A DNA stretch of 64,000 nucleotides, taken from the NCBI GenBank assembly GCA_026225115.1, contig JAMFSE010000107.1:1275-65274 (forward strand), in the 5' to 3' direction. Made by a program: the position numbers and the translations under genes. The notes under the pieces were generated by a model, which did not search any database, was not told the origin of the DNA, and saw only the letters and a program-made list of their open reading frames with translations. Within the stretch, counting starts at the first letter, position 1. Each line of letters begins with the position of its first letter. Of the stretch, positions 48,901-60,434 are shown piece after piece. Source of the stretch: Rhodovastum atsumiense (GTDB lineage: Bacteria > Pseudomonadota > Alphaproteobacteria > Acetobacterales > Acetobacteraceae).

Positions 48901-50002
48901 CCGTGGCGATATTCCTCACGACATGCCGAGGCTTAGGGATGATCCGAGAATCCTCAATCTCTTCCCGCAATTTATCGCAGAGAGTCAATGCCTGCCGTAT
49001 CTCTCCGCCAAGGTTGGAAAACCGCACCATACGCCACTGCAGCACCGGACTCAAACGCTGTACTTCAGTCCAGGCCGCACCAAAATACCGAGCCCGCAAA
49101 ATCTCGCGCATCACGCCGGCGCCCATCAGCAGATCTTCCGTCAGCGCCGCCGCATTCGCGCGCCCGAGCATAACCGCCCGCAACCGCGCCTTCGCCAGAA
49201 CACGCCGGTAGGCATCAACCGTCGGCTCCAGTCTGCCATCGGTGAACACATCCTGCTTTTGCATCCGGCGCTTTATGGTATCGGCCATGCCGCCATTCGC
49301 CCGGCCATCCAACCTTCCGGAGACCCGAACCAGAATCTCCGGCGCGTGCCGCACCTTCGCATCCACCAGCAGCAGCCGTTCGATCAACGCTCGGTCCTCT
49401 CCAATCACCACGTGCGGCGCCCCACCGGCTTTGCGCAGCATCGGGGCTCGTACCGCGATGCTGGCCCCTGAATGATCCTGATGTCGCGGCCACGGATCCA
49501 CCGCTGAAGGATCCACTATTGACGCAATCTCATCCTGAATCGACAGCAAACGCGCCTCGTTGCGCGCATCAATCTGCAAATGTTCGGGAATAAACGGGGC
49601 GTCAGCAGGATTAATCTCCGCCCTCCCGCAAACCACATCCACGCCGTCTGCAAGCGCATCCATATTATCGGCCACCCAGTTCTCATCAGGAACCGCATCG
49701 GCATCGGTGGTTAGAATGACCCCTGCACCCGCCGCCTCCATTGCGTAGTCCAGCGCCAGCCGCCGGGCCTCACCTGCCGACGCCAAATTTCCGAGAAGCG
49801 TATGTTGATGTATCTTGATTTTGCCGGACCGCTTCGCGGCTTGCTTGCAAATCTTCAGCGTCCCATCGGTGCAATTATTCAGCAGCAGCAGAATCTGATC
49901 AAAAACCTCCGTCTGCCGCTCAAGCGCGCTCAGACAAAGCCCAATCCGGGCCTCCTCATTTTTGACAGGTATCGCAATAACCGTTCCCGCGTGTGACGCC
50001 AT
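48884..50002 (-). CDS. Glycosyltransferase family 2
   Basis: IAIPVKNEE, NNCTD, TTDAD, GASIAV, GEDRAL, SGRLDGRANGG. Confidence 0.85.
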   Translation of the reverse strand: MASHAGTVIAIPVKNEEARIGLCLSALERQTEVFDQILLLLNNCTDGTLKICKQAAKRSGKIKIHQHTLLGNLASAGEARRLALDYAMEAAGAGVILTTDADAVPDENWVADNMDALADGVDVVCGRAEINPADAPFIPEHLQIDARNEARLLSIQDEIASIVDPSAVDPWPRHQDHSGASIAVRAPMLRKAGGAPHVVIGEDRALIERLLLVDAKVRHAPEILVRVSGRLDGRANGGMADTIKRRMQKQDVFTDGRLEPTVDAYRRVLAKARLRAVMLGRANAAALTEDLLMGAGVMREILRARYFGAAWTEVQRLSPVLQWRMVRFSNLGGEIRQALTLCDKLREEIEDSRIIPKPRHVVRNIATDENAG

Positions 50003-50106
50003 CCAACCTATTTGAGATGATCAGCCCGTCGTTCAACGAATGACTGAAACATCTCACAAAATTCACCGCCCACCCATGCCATCTGGAAAAAGGCGTTGAA
50101 TAACCG

Positions 50107-52599
<2,493 letters not shown>

Positions 52600-52647
52600 C
52601 TAAAACACCGCCAAAACCTAATCCGCCCCCCGCCGTTCCCGGGCCGC

Positions 52648-53865
52648 TCAAACCTTTGCGGCAAGCCCCGCCGGAGCCTCACCAGCCACAGCCACGCCGA
52701 CGGCCTTGGCGATCGCAAAAATCGCTTCCCGGAACGGCCCCTTAACCGAGGCCGCGGGCTCGCCAAAATGCGCCGCCTTCGACAATACCTTCGGCAAATC
52801 TGGAATCGCCGCGGCAAATCGTACCCCCATCATCTGCTCCAGTCGCGCCTGGCTCAACCCGCCGGCACGTCCCGCAAAATTCAAAACCACAACCGGATTG
52901 CCCAACATCGCGCCATGCGCGCTTTGAGAAATTTTTTCAAAATTGCGCACCGCCAGCATCGACGGATCCACAACAATCAGACGCTGTTGCGCCAGCGCCT
53001 GTAAATCCCGCGCAAACGGCAATTGCCGCGCGCCGACATCGGCAATGACAAAATTATAGCGCTGTCCCAGCGCCTGGCACAGCATCGCCGCTCCACCCGC
53101 AATGTATTCCGCCATGCCCTCCAGCGGCTCGGCCGCCGCCAGCACATGCAATCGTTCGCCGGCCGGTTGCGCCGAACGCTCGATCAGCAATTGATCCACC
53201 CGCTCCGGCGATTCCAGCGCCGTCCGCAGGCCGGAGGTTGCCTTCACATTCAGCGTCAATGCGGCCGTTCCCATCGTCAAATCAGCATCCAGCAACACCG
53301 TATGCCGATGCATTTCCATGCCGATCACCCAGGAGAGATTAGCGGCAATCGTCGAGGTCCCAATTCCGCCCCGCACACCGGCCACTGAGATGAGCCGCCC
53401 GCCCCGCGGCGCCGCCGGGCCCTCACCAGCCGGCTTCACCCATTTTAAAAAATGCTGTTCCAGCCGCTCCTTGGTCAGCGGCTTCGGCAAATACTCGCGC
53501 ACGCCCATACCCTTGGTAACGGCGCGATAAAACCCGACATCGCAACTCTCCCCAATCGCCAGCACCACTGTCCCCGGTTCGACCACCTCCGCAAGGTCCA
53601 GCATGGCATTGAGCGGCTGCGTCTCCCCCGATAGATCGACGAGCACAGTTTCCGGCGTCGTCATCGCGCTAAGCAAAGCCAGCGCGGTCCGAAAGGTCAC
53701 CACATGAATTTCATTGCCCGCCGGAAATGCCGGCGCAAATGCCTGATGCAATAAAGCGGCACTGGCATCATCACTGGCAAAGCCGATAAAGGCCGCCCTG
53801 GATTTCAGCGCAGCCGGCCCAGCCCCTTCATCCGCACGTCCACGCCTCTCCCCAACAACCGCCAT
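52648..53865 (-). CDS. CpaE/TadZ-like pilus assembly protein (atypical receiver + ParA/MinD-like ATPase)
   Basis: DVGFYR...GVREYLPKPL receiver-like domain; deviant Walker A GVRGGIGTST; LLDADL. Confidence 0.82.
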   Translation of the reverse strand: MAVVGERRGRADEGAGPAALKSRAAFIGFASDDASAALLHQAFAPAFPAGNEIHVVTFRTALALLSAMTTPETVLVDLSGETQPLNAMLDLAEVVEPGTVVLAIGESCDVGFYRAVTKGMGVREYLPKPLTKERLEQHFLKWVKPAGEGPAAPRGGRLISVAGVRGGIGTSTIAANLSWVIGMEMHRHTVLLDADLTMGTAALTLNVKATSGLRTALESPERVDQLLIERSAQPAGERLHVLAAAEPLEGMAEYIAGGAAMLCQALGQRYNFVIADVGARQLPFARDLQALAQQRLIVVDPSMLAVRNFEKISQSAHGAMLGNPVVVLNFAGRAGGLSQARLEQMMGVRFAAAIPDLPKVLSKAAHFGEPAASVKGPFREAIFAIAKAVGVAVAGEAPAGLAAKV

Positions 53866-53983
53866 CAGCGCGCCGTTTCAAAAATAATCTGCCAGATCAC
53901 GAAATGTCTCGAACCAGTCATTCAAACCACAAAATTTACCGCCAATATCCAACAGCCCGGTTTCCGCTTCATTAAACCGGGCA

Positions 53984-54685
53984 TTAAGGCGTATTCACCC
54001 GCGGCAAACCGGCTCGCATCTGCGGACCCACCTCGCCATCCATGGTAAAAACCCGCACCAGCCGGCCTGCCGGCGCCTGCAATATCACCACCGGGTCCGC
54101 TCCAAAACGCATCGCATCCAGCCCAAGCGGCAGATCGCCGACACCGCGCCAGGCATTCAGCACCAGCCGCTGATAAGGCAATCCAAGTTCGGGCAGCGCC
54201 GAGTGATAATCCGCAATCGCGGCATTCCACGACCCCCCCTGCATTTTAAGCTGACCCAGAAACCGCGCTGCAAAATCGGCATTCGCTACCGGATCGAATG
54301 CCGCGTCCAACGAACTGAAAGCATCAGGATGTTGCTGCAGGCTGATCTGAAAACACCCAACATCGACATCCTGCGCGCCCGAGGATTCCGCCAGCCGGAC
54401 GAACGCCGCCGCGTCCTGCTCACCTTCAAAATAATGCCCCGCCCCATCCACATTCACAGTCCAAGGCCAGGGTGATTTTTGCCCGCTCAAAGGGTCAATC
54501 CGTCCGCTTTCCACAAGCCCGATGGAGACCAGAATATTGGCCGGTAAGTTACCCGCATCTTCAGCCGCCCGCCCCGCCGCAACGCACGCCGCCTGCGGCG
54601 CCATACCCGCCTGCGCCACACCCACGGCCCTGCCACCGGCAAGCAAAACTCCGATGGCCAACGCAATACACTGGGCGCTCCGCAT
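53984..54685 (-). CDS. Lytic transglycosylase (SLT domain), exported
   Basis: Signal peptide; IGLVESG catalytic Glu, PWPWTVN, DVGCFQI, AIADYHS. Confidence 0.85.
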   Translation of the reverse strand: MRSAQCIALAIGVLLAGGRAVGVAQAGMAPQAACVAAGRAAEDAGNLPANILVSIGLVESGRIDPLSGQKSPWPWTVNVDGAGHYFEGEQDAAAFVRLAESSGAQDVDVGCFQISLQQHPDAFSSLDAAFDPVANADFAARFLGQLKMQGGSWNAAIADYHSALPELGLPYQRLVLNAWRGVGDLPLGLDAMRFGADPVVILQAPAGRLVRVFTMDGEVGPQMRAGLPRVNTP

Positions 54686-54854
54686 GCGTTCACCCGCGCC
54701 AAAATTACCGCAGCGTTCATCTCAGCTTTGGATTTCTGAAACCATAACGAGGACTTAATTTTTTGGAGAAATCATAAATCTTGTAGCCGCCACGCCGCTT
54801 GCCAATTTTTGTTTCAGATATCCGCCTGCAACATCACCGAACCAGGAGACGATT

Positions 54855-55487
54855 ATGAAAACGATATGGTTAGCGTCCACCGCTTTACTCATCACCGCCG
54901 GCAGCGCCTTTGCGCAAAGCAACCAGACCGCGGCCCCGGCCCCGACCGGCGCGGTCTCGTCACCTCAGGTAACCCCATCCGGCGCCCCCGGTAACATGGC
55001 GCCCGCGCCCGGCAAGACCTCCATGTCCAGCATAACGCCCAGTGCAACCACACCGGCCCCGAATGGCGCCGTCAGCGCGCCAGACGTCACCGCCGGCGCC
55101 GCCCCCGGTACCGCCCCCGGCAAAATGGGGACCGGCACCAACAGCATGGCATCCACCGCATCGGATTCCGCAATCTCCGCCGGCCCCACCCATATCCACC
55201 ATCATTGGTCGTCCACGACCACCCTGCCCCAGAACGCCAGCGCCACAACCTATCTGCACATCGCCAAATCAGCGATCTGGCACCACAACACCGCGCTGGC
55301 TGACGACGCCCTGAGCCATGCCGAGACGCAATTGCTGAACCGCTCGGTCCCGCAAGGCCAGATCGCGGCAGACGATTCGCCCTCGGTGCAGTCCATTGAA
55401 AGCGCCCGCCAGGCCCTTAAAGCCGGCAACTACAGCCAGGCTTCAACGGACACCAAAAAGGCCGCCAGCGCAGTCAGCGGCATGTAA
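54855..55487 (+). CDS. Secreted hypothetical protein: Ala/Pro/Thr-rich repeat N-terminus + helical C-terminal domain
   Basis: AGGAG RBS; signal peptide MKTIWLASTALLITAGSAFA; followed by a terminator. Confidence 0.75.
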   Translation: MKTIWLASTALLITAGSAFAQSNQTAAPAPTGAVSSPQVTPSGAPGNMAPAPGKTSMSSITPSATTPAPNGAVSAPDVTAGAAPGTAPGKMGTGTNSMASTASDSAISAGPTHIHHHWSSTTTLPQNASATTYLHIAKSAIWHHNTALADDALSHAETQLLNRSVPQGQIAADDSPSVQSIESARQALKAGNYSQASTDTKKAASAVSGM

Positions 55488-55516
55488 CGCCCCGGCCGCC
55501 TAATTATAACGCAACC

Positions 55517-55544
55517 AATGGGCGCCTCCGGGCGCCCATTTTTT
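55517..55544 (+). terminator. Rho-independent terminator
   Basis: AATGGGCGCC-TCCG-GGCGCCCATT stem followed by a T tract, 30 bp after stop 55487. Confidence 0.8.
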
Positions 55545-55705
55545 GGGCTTTTACCGCCGCATTGCGCCCATTCTTATTTGGCCCTCGCTTTTGCGCTGCA
55601 ATATGGCTATGCGGGGCAGGATTTTTATTGGCGAGCAAATTTGGCCCCCTTCGCGCCCCCATCGGGCACGCAGGCGCCATTTCGCTCTAACTGTAGGTTG
55701 CGTTC

Positions 55706-57541
55706 ATGCCCGTCCCGAATATCCGTAATATCGCTATCATCGCGCACGTCGATCATGGCAAAACCACCCTGGTCGATCAGCTCTTGCGCCAGTCCGGCGC
55801 CTTCCACGCCCATGCCGCGCTGGCCGATCGCGCATTGGACCGCAACGACCTGGAAAAAGAACGCGGCATCACCATCCTCGCCAAAGTCGCCTCGGTCGTC
55901 TGGAAAGACACCCGCATCAACATCGTCGACACCCCGGGCCACGCCGATTTCGGCGGTGAGGTCGAGCGCATCCTCAACATGGTCGACGGCGCCGTCATCC
56001 TGGTCGATGCCGCCGAAGGCGTGCTCCCGCAAACCAAATTCGTCCTCGGCAAGGCCCTCGCCCGCGGCCTGCGCCCGATCGCCGTCGTCAATAAAATCGA
56101 CCGCCAGGACGCCCGCCCCGACGAAGTCCACAATGAAATTTTCGACCTGTTCGCGGCCCTGGGCGCCAACGACCTGCAGCTCGACTTCCCGATGCTATTC
56201 GCCTCTGGCCGCCAGGGCTGGGCGATCAAGGAACTCACCGATCCGCATGAGAACCTCAACCCGCTCTTCGATCTGATCCTGGACCACGTCCCGGCCCCCA
56301 AACTCGACGTCACCGCCCCCTTCGGCATGGTCGCCTCAATCCTGGAATCCGACCCCTTCCTCGGCCGCGTCCTCACCGGCCGCGTCGAGCAGGGCCGCGC
56401 CACCCTCAACATGCCGGTCAAGGTCTACCGGCTGGACGGCACTGTCGTTGAAACCGGCCGCCTTACCAAACTCCTCTCCTTCCGCGGCCTCGAGCGCGTG
56501 GCGGTGGACGAAGTCAGCGCCGGCGACATCATCGCCGTTGCCGGCCTCACCGACGCCACGGTGCCGGAAACCATCGGCTCCCCGGACCTCCCCGGCCCGC
56601 TGCCCGCCACCCCAATCGACCCGCCGACTTTGTCCATGACCTTCCGCATCAACGACGGCCCGCTCGCCGGCCGCGAAGGCAAAAAGGTCACCTCGCGCCA
56701 GATCCGCGAACGCCTGATGTCCGAAGCCGAAGGCAACGTCGCCATCCACGTCGCCATCTCCAACGAAACCGACGCCTTCGAAGTCTCGGGCCGCGGCGAA
56801 CTCCAGCTCGGCGTCCTCATCGAACAAATGCGCCGTGAAGGTTTTGAGCTCACCATCGGCCGCCCGAAAGTCCTCACCCGCCTCAACCCGGAAACCAAAG
56901 AGCGTGAGGAGCCCTACGAAGAAACCCTGATCGACGTGGACGAACCCTATGCCGGCGTCGTCGTCGACAAAATGTCCCGCCGCAAAGGCGAGCTCTCCGA
57001 CATCCGCCCCTCCGGCGGCGGCAAACAGCGCCTCACCTTCCGCATCCCGTCGCGCGGCCTCATCGGCTATCACGGCGAGTTCCTCACCGACACCCGCGGC
57101 ACCGGCGTCATGAACCGGTTGTTCGCCGGCTACGGCCCCTGGAAAGGCGTCATCGAAGGCCGCCGTAACGGCGCCCTGATCTCGTCTGCCGACGGCGAAG
57201 CCGTGCAATACTCGCTCTTCTCCCTGCAGGACCGCGGCGCCCTCTTCGTCTCCCCCGGCGAGAAAGTCTATGTCGGCATGATCCTCGGCGAACACAGCCG
57301 CGAGAACGACCTCGACATCAATCCGATCAAGGAGAAAAAACTCACCAACATCCGCGCCGCCGGCAAGGACGAAGCGCTCCTCCTGGTCCCGCCCCGCAAA
57401 ATGTCCCTGGAACAAGCCATCGCCTATGTCGAGGACGATGAGCTGGTCGAAGTCACCCCCGGCGCCGTCCGCCTGCGCAAACGCCACCTCGACCCCAACG
57501 CCCGCAAACGCGCCGATCGCAAATCCGACGACGCCGCGTAA
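55706..57541 (+). CDS. typA: Translational GTPase TypA/BipA
   Basis: AHVDHGKTT, DTPGH, NKID, GRGELQL, GYHGEFLTDTRG, KKLTNIRA. Confidence 0.97.
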   Translation: MPVPNIRNIAIIAHVDHGKTTLVDQLLRQSGAFHAHAALADRALDRNDLEKERGITILAKVASVVWKDTRINIVDTPGHADFGGEVERILNMVDGAVILVDAAEGVLPQTKFVLGKALARGLRPIAVVNKIDRQDARPDEVHNEIFDLFAALGANDLQLDFPMLFASGRQGWAIKELTDPHENLNPLFDLILDHVPAPKLDVTAPFGMVASILESDPFLGRVLTGRVEQGRATLNMPVKVYRLDGTVVETGRLTKLLSFRGLERVAVDEVSAGDIIAVAGLTDATVPETIGSPDLPGPLPATPIDPPTLSMTFRINDGPLAGREGKKVTSRQIRERLMSEAEGNVAIHVAISNETDAFEVSGRGELQLGVLIEQMRREGFELTIGRPKVLTRLNPETKEREEPYEETLIDVDEPYAGVVVDKMSRRKGELSDIRPSGGGKQRLTFRIPSRGLIGYHGEFLTDTRGTGVMNRLFAGYGPWKGVIEGRRNGALISSADGEAVQYSLFSLQDRGALFVSPGEKVYVGMILGEHSRENDLDINPIKEKKLTNIRAAGKDEALLLVPPRKMSLEQAIAYVEDDELVEVTPGAVRLRKRHLDPNARKRADRKSDDAA

Positions 57542-57543
57542 AG

Positions 57544-57586
57544 CAAGCAGTTCTTTTTCTGAAGAAAAAGAACCAAAAAGACTTTT
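57544..57586 (+). repeat. Repeat family B, copy 2 (directly after typA stop)
   Basis: caagcagttctttttctgaagaaaaagaaccaaaaagactttt, one mismatch to 5198-5240. Confidence 0.9.
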
Positions 57587-57597
57587 TAATCTGGGCC

Positions 57598-57625
57598 GAG
57601 GGCTTTGACTCCGTCAAAGCCCCTC
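57598..57625. terminator. Hairpin GGGCTTTGAC-TCC-GTCAAAGCCC between convergent typA and DUF1214 genes
   Basis: 10-bp perfect stem. Confidence 0.5.
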
Positions 57626-57636
57626 GCACCGGAAAG

Positions 57637-57668
57637 GTCATTGCGAGCGAAGCGCGGCAATCCATCTT
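57637..57668 (+). repeat. Repeat family A, copy 3
   Basis: gtcattgcgagcgaagcgcggcaatccatctt. Confidence 0.85.
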
Positions 57669-57691
57669 CCTCGCAACGAACGGGGCTCTCG

Positions 57692-58981
57692 CTACAAGTT
57701 TAGCCGTCGAACATAATCCGACTTACGCTCACGCAATTGCACCGCGCGCTCCACCGGCGTGCACCACGCCGTGTCATCCGGCAGGCTGGTGCGCAACGCA
57801 CTCAACTTGACCAGAGAAATATTCCTGATCGCATCGGCGGCCCCGACACCAGGCGGCAACAACTGCCACCGAATGGCGAAAGTTCCAGCGCGTAACCCAA
57901 TTGGATCCAGCCAATTATGCACGCCGGGATCACTGAGTGCGATAACATAGCTATAGCTGCCATCACCATGCGGCCGCGCCTGCGATCCGTTCAAACTCCC
58001 CAGCCGTTCGATATAGGGCGTACCCTGCCCCTGCCCCCAGGCATCCGAAAGCTGAAATCCCAAATAGGCCGCACCCCGAGGCTCAAGATGAACAACCAGC
58101 GCCTCATCGGCGGCCAGCTCATAATGCCCGCAACTGATATGCCCCCACCCGGAAACCCGCGCGAAACTATGCGTAATCGCATTGCCAGGCCGGTCGTAAA
58201 AATGCTTGCGGCACCAGGCCAGCCAATACGGCCCGATGGAAAGGGTCAGCTCCGCAGCCTGCCGCGCCAGCGCCTGTTCGTCGGCAACCGGCCGTATCGG
58301 CGGCCCCGATAGACGCGCCACCTCCAGCTTCGACGCGTCATTGATCGACCAATCCGCAAGCGTCGACCTGATCAAAATATAACCGTCGCGAACATCGGGA
58401 TTGGATTGCAGGTGATTGATCCGTCCACCCGCGGGAGATTGGTCGATCGTAATGGTAAAACCGCCATCCGCATCAAGCTCAAGCTCATGCAGAGAAATCG
58501 CGCCGGTCTCGCGCTCGTTGCTGCGAACCTGTTCGCCCTTCTTGGCGCCAGAACGCTCCTCATGCAGCACAAACGTCTCCTGCGTCGGCCCCTTCCCGAT
58601 CATCTTGCCGATAATCTTGTAGCTGGCGAGACCATCAACCGGAACCGTACGGTAAATATTATCCGGATTGTCGATCATCGCCCCACTCAACGGCACAAGC
58701 AAATCCCCCCATTGATGCGGCGTCGTCACCGACCAGTAAGCGACGGGTCTATCGGGGTCCCTGCTGCACACGCCGCAGGCATTGGACATCGCGGTCGCCG
58801 CCGCTGCATCCGCGACGGTACTGAGCGCATCCGCGTGCCCGGCTGCCGGATCAGCCGCGTATAATGCTTCAAGCTCGCGCACTGCGCGCTGCACCTCATC
58901 ACTCTCAAAAATACGAACCGCGCGGCGGTCCTTCTCAACCTGATCCGCCGACCCCAGAACCGATCCTATTCTTCCAATCAT
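57692..58981 (-). CDS. DUF1214-like domain protein
   Basis: IDNPDNIY, DADGGFTITI, DGSYSYVIALSDPGVHNWLD, FAIRWQ; GGAGG RBS before ATG 58981. Confidence 0.72.
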   Translation of the reverse strand: MIGRIGSVLGSADQVEKDRRAVRIFESDEVQRAVRELEALYAADPAAGHADALSTVADAAAATAMSNACGVCSRDPDRPVAYWSVTTPHQWGDLLVPLSGAMIDNPDNIYRTVPVDGLASYKIIGKMIGKGPTQETFVLHEERSGAKKGEQVRSNERETGAISLHELELDADGGFTITIDQSPAGGRINHLQSNPDVRDGYILIRSTLADWSINDASKLEVARLSGPPIRPVADEQALARQAAELTLSIGPYWLAWCRKHFYDRPGNAITHSFARVSGWGHISCGHYELAADEALVVHLEPRGAAYLGFQLSDAWGQGQGTPYIERLGSLNGSQARPHGDGSYSYVIALSDPGVHNWLDPIGLRAGTFAIRWQLLPPGVGAADAIRNISLVKLSALRTSLPDDTAWCTPVERAVQLRERKSDYVRRLNL

Positions 58982-59071
58982 TTTGCCATTCCTCCGCCTA
59001 TCTCTACTATCTTGCTGGGGAAGGGAGCTGTGCAACTCCCAAATGGGTGTCGCAGCTTTAACGCTAAGCGC

Positions 59072-60175
59072 TCAGGTCAGGGCGATCACGCTCGCCAGCA
59101 GAATCCTCACCAGATCAGCGTGCCCGCGGGCATCGGTCTTCGCGTATATCTTCTTGCTGTAATTGCGCGCCGTCTCAACGGTTAGGCTGAGATCGGCAGC
59201 CGCCTCGGTGATGCTCCTGCCCTGCGCCAACGCAATGGCGAGCCGCGCTTCCGAATGGTTCAAGCCGAACAGAAGTTTGAGCTGTTCGCGTTTGTCATCA
59301 TCAGCTGCGCCCACCACCCCATGCACATACCCCACCGCAACCGGGGTGCTGCCGCCGGACAAGGCCCGATACGAAATCGGCACAATCAGCATGTCGAGCC
59401 ATGGCGCTTGGACAAGATGCATCGCCCGCGGCCGCGCATGTTCGTTTACCGCAAAATCCTTCAGGATATCGAGCAATTTATGCTCATGTCCCGACAGGCC
59501 GATCGGGAAAGGCAGGCCGCAGGCGCAGCTGCGCAAGATCGCAATGCCTGAGAAGAGCCGTTGTATATCCGGATCAATTTCGACAACATTGCCGAACCTG
59601 TCGAACGTCACCCATCCGAAGTTGAGCCGATGCACAGCATCATTCGCGATATCCGCACGCATGCGCGCCCGCTCGAGTTCGGCAAGCGTACCCACCGCGA
59701 TGCCAAGATGCGGCGCAATTTGCTTCAGAACTGCGATAACCCACGGCTTGAAATCATCCCCGGCGCGCCCAAGCGTCAACCAGCCATTCCCAAGTTGCCT
59801 GTCGCCGACCCGCAAAACCACCGCATGGCCAATATTGCGCTCCCGAAGATAGCGCACATATTCCACCCCCCGATCGTCATCGAGGCCGACGATGTCCTCC
59901 AGCGAGTACGGGCGATTCACGCGCAGGCTGTCATACGATAAATTCAGCCGGCTGGCGATTTCGCGGGCACCCGCCGAACCGGAATCATTTATCTGATCGC
60001 CTGCCCGGATCACGCTGATATCCGCCTGCCCCGCATCGGAGCGTTGAAACACCAGGCTGGCATAACCGGCGTTCGTCATGCCGCGCAGCTGCTCAAGAAA
60101 GCCGCTCCAATAAGGTGTTTCGCGAACGCCCTGATGCAGCGACCGGATAAGCCCATCAATATCCGGCCGTTTCAC
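59072..60175 (-). CDS. LuxR-type C-terminal HTH transcriptional regulator with uncharacterised N-terminal sensor region
   Basis: FGLNHSEARLAIALAQGRSITEAAADLSLTVETARNYSKKIYAKT. Confidence 0.85.
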   Translation of the reverse strand: MKRPDIDGLIRSLHQGVRETPYWSGFLEQLRGMTNAGYASLVFQRSDAGQADISVIRAGDQINDSGSAGAREIASRLNLSYDSLRVNRPYSLEDIVGLDDDRGVEYVRYLRERNIGHAVVLRVGDRQLGNGWLTLGRAGDDFKPWVIAVLKQIAPHLGIAVGTLAELERARMRADIANDAVHRLNFGWVTFDRFGNVVEIDPDIQRLFSGIAILRSCACGLPFPIGLSGHEHKLLDILKDFAVNEHARPRAMHLVQAPWLDMLIVPISYRALSGGSTPVAVGYVHGVVGAADDDKREQLKLLFGLNHSEARLAIALAQGRSITEAAADLSLTVETARNYSKKIYAKTDARGHADLVRILLASVIALT

Positions 60176-60317
60176 GGATGCTCACTCACGGTGAGCACTG
60201 AGCAAGCGCCCTGGGGATGCTTCGGCAATCGATCGGCTTGGCTCCTCTCGCGCAATCCGCGCTTTTGCGCGGATGCTTTTTGCAATCATAGCATCGCAGC
60301 CGGCATTTTTCCATCCA

Positions 60318-60367
60318 GATAAGGGCGGCAGCGCACTCCCAGGATAAGGGCGGCAGCGCACTCCCAG
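60318..60367. repeat. Perfect 25-bp tandem duplication GATAAGGGCGGCAGCGCACTCCCAG x2
   Basis: 60318-60342 is identical to 60343-60367; lies in the divergent intergenic region. Confidence 0.95.
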
Positions 60368-60434
60368 GCGGGAGGTGACTCCGCCAGCCGCCACGCTTAC
60401 CCAGACTCGAACAAATCACATTAGGAGCGCGCCG

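Noticed and set aside
48284-49471. 395-aa plus-strand ORF over the GT2/ACAD genes, and similar long Arg/Pro/Ser-rich ORFs (1830-2717, 6357-7505, 23304-24317, 25780-26847, 33092-34048, 50920-51858)
   Set aside because: All are antisense or alternative frames of well-supported genes, expected at high GC.
56336-57487. 383-aa antisense ORF inside typA
   Set aside because: Shadow frame produced by the C-rich third-position bias of a highly conserved gene; no recognisable motif or RBS.
60318-60367. Possible mini-CRISPR array
   Set aside because: Two abutting copies with no spacer and no cas genes; it is a simple tandem duplication.
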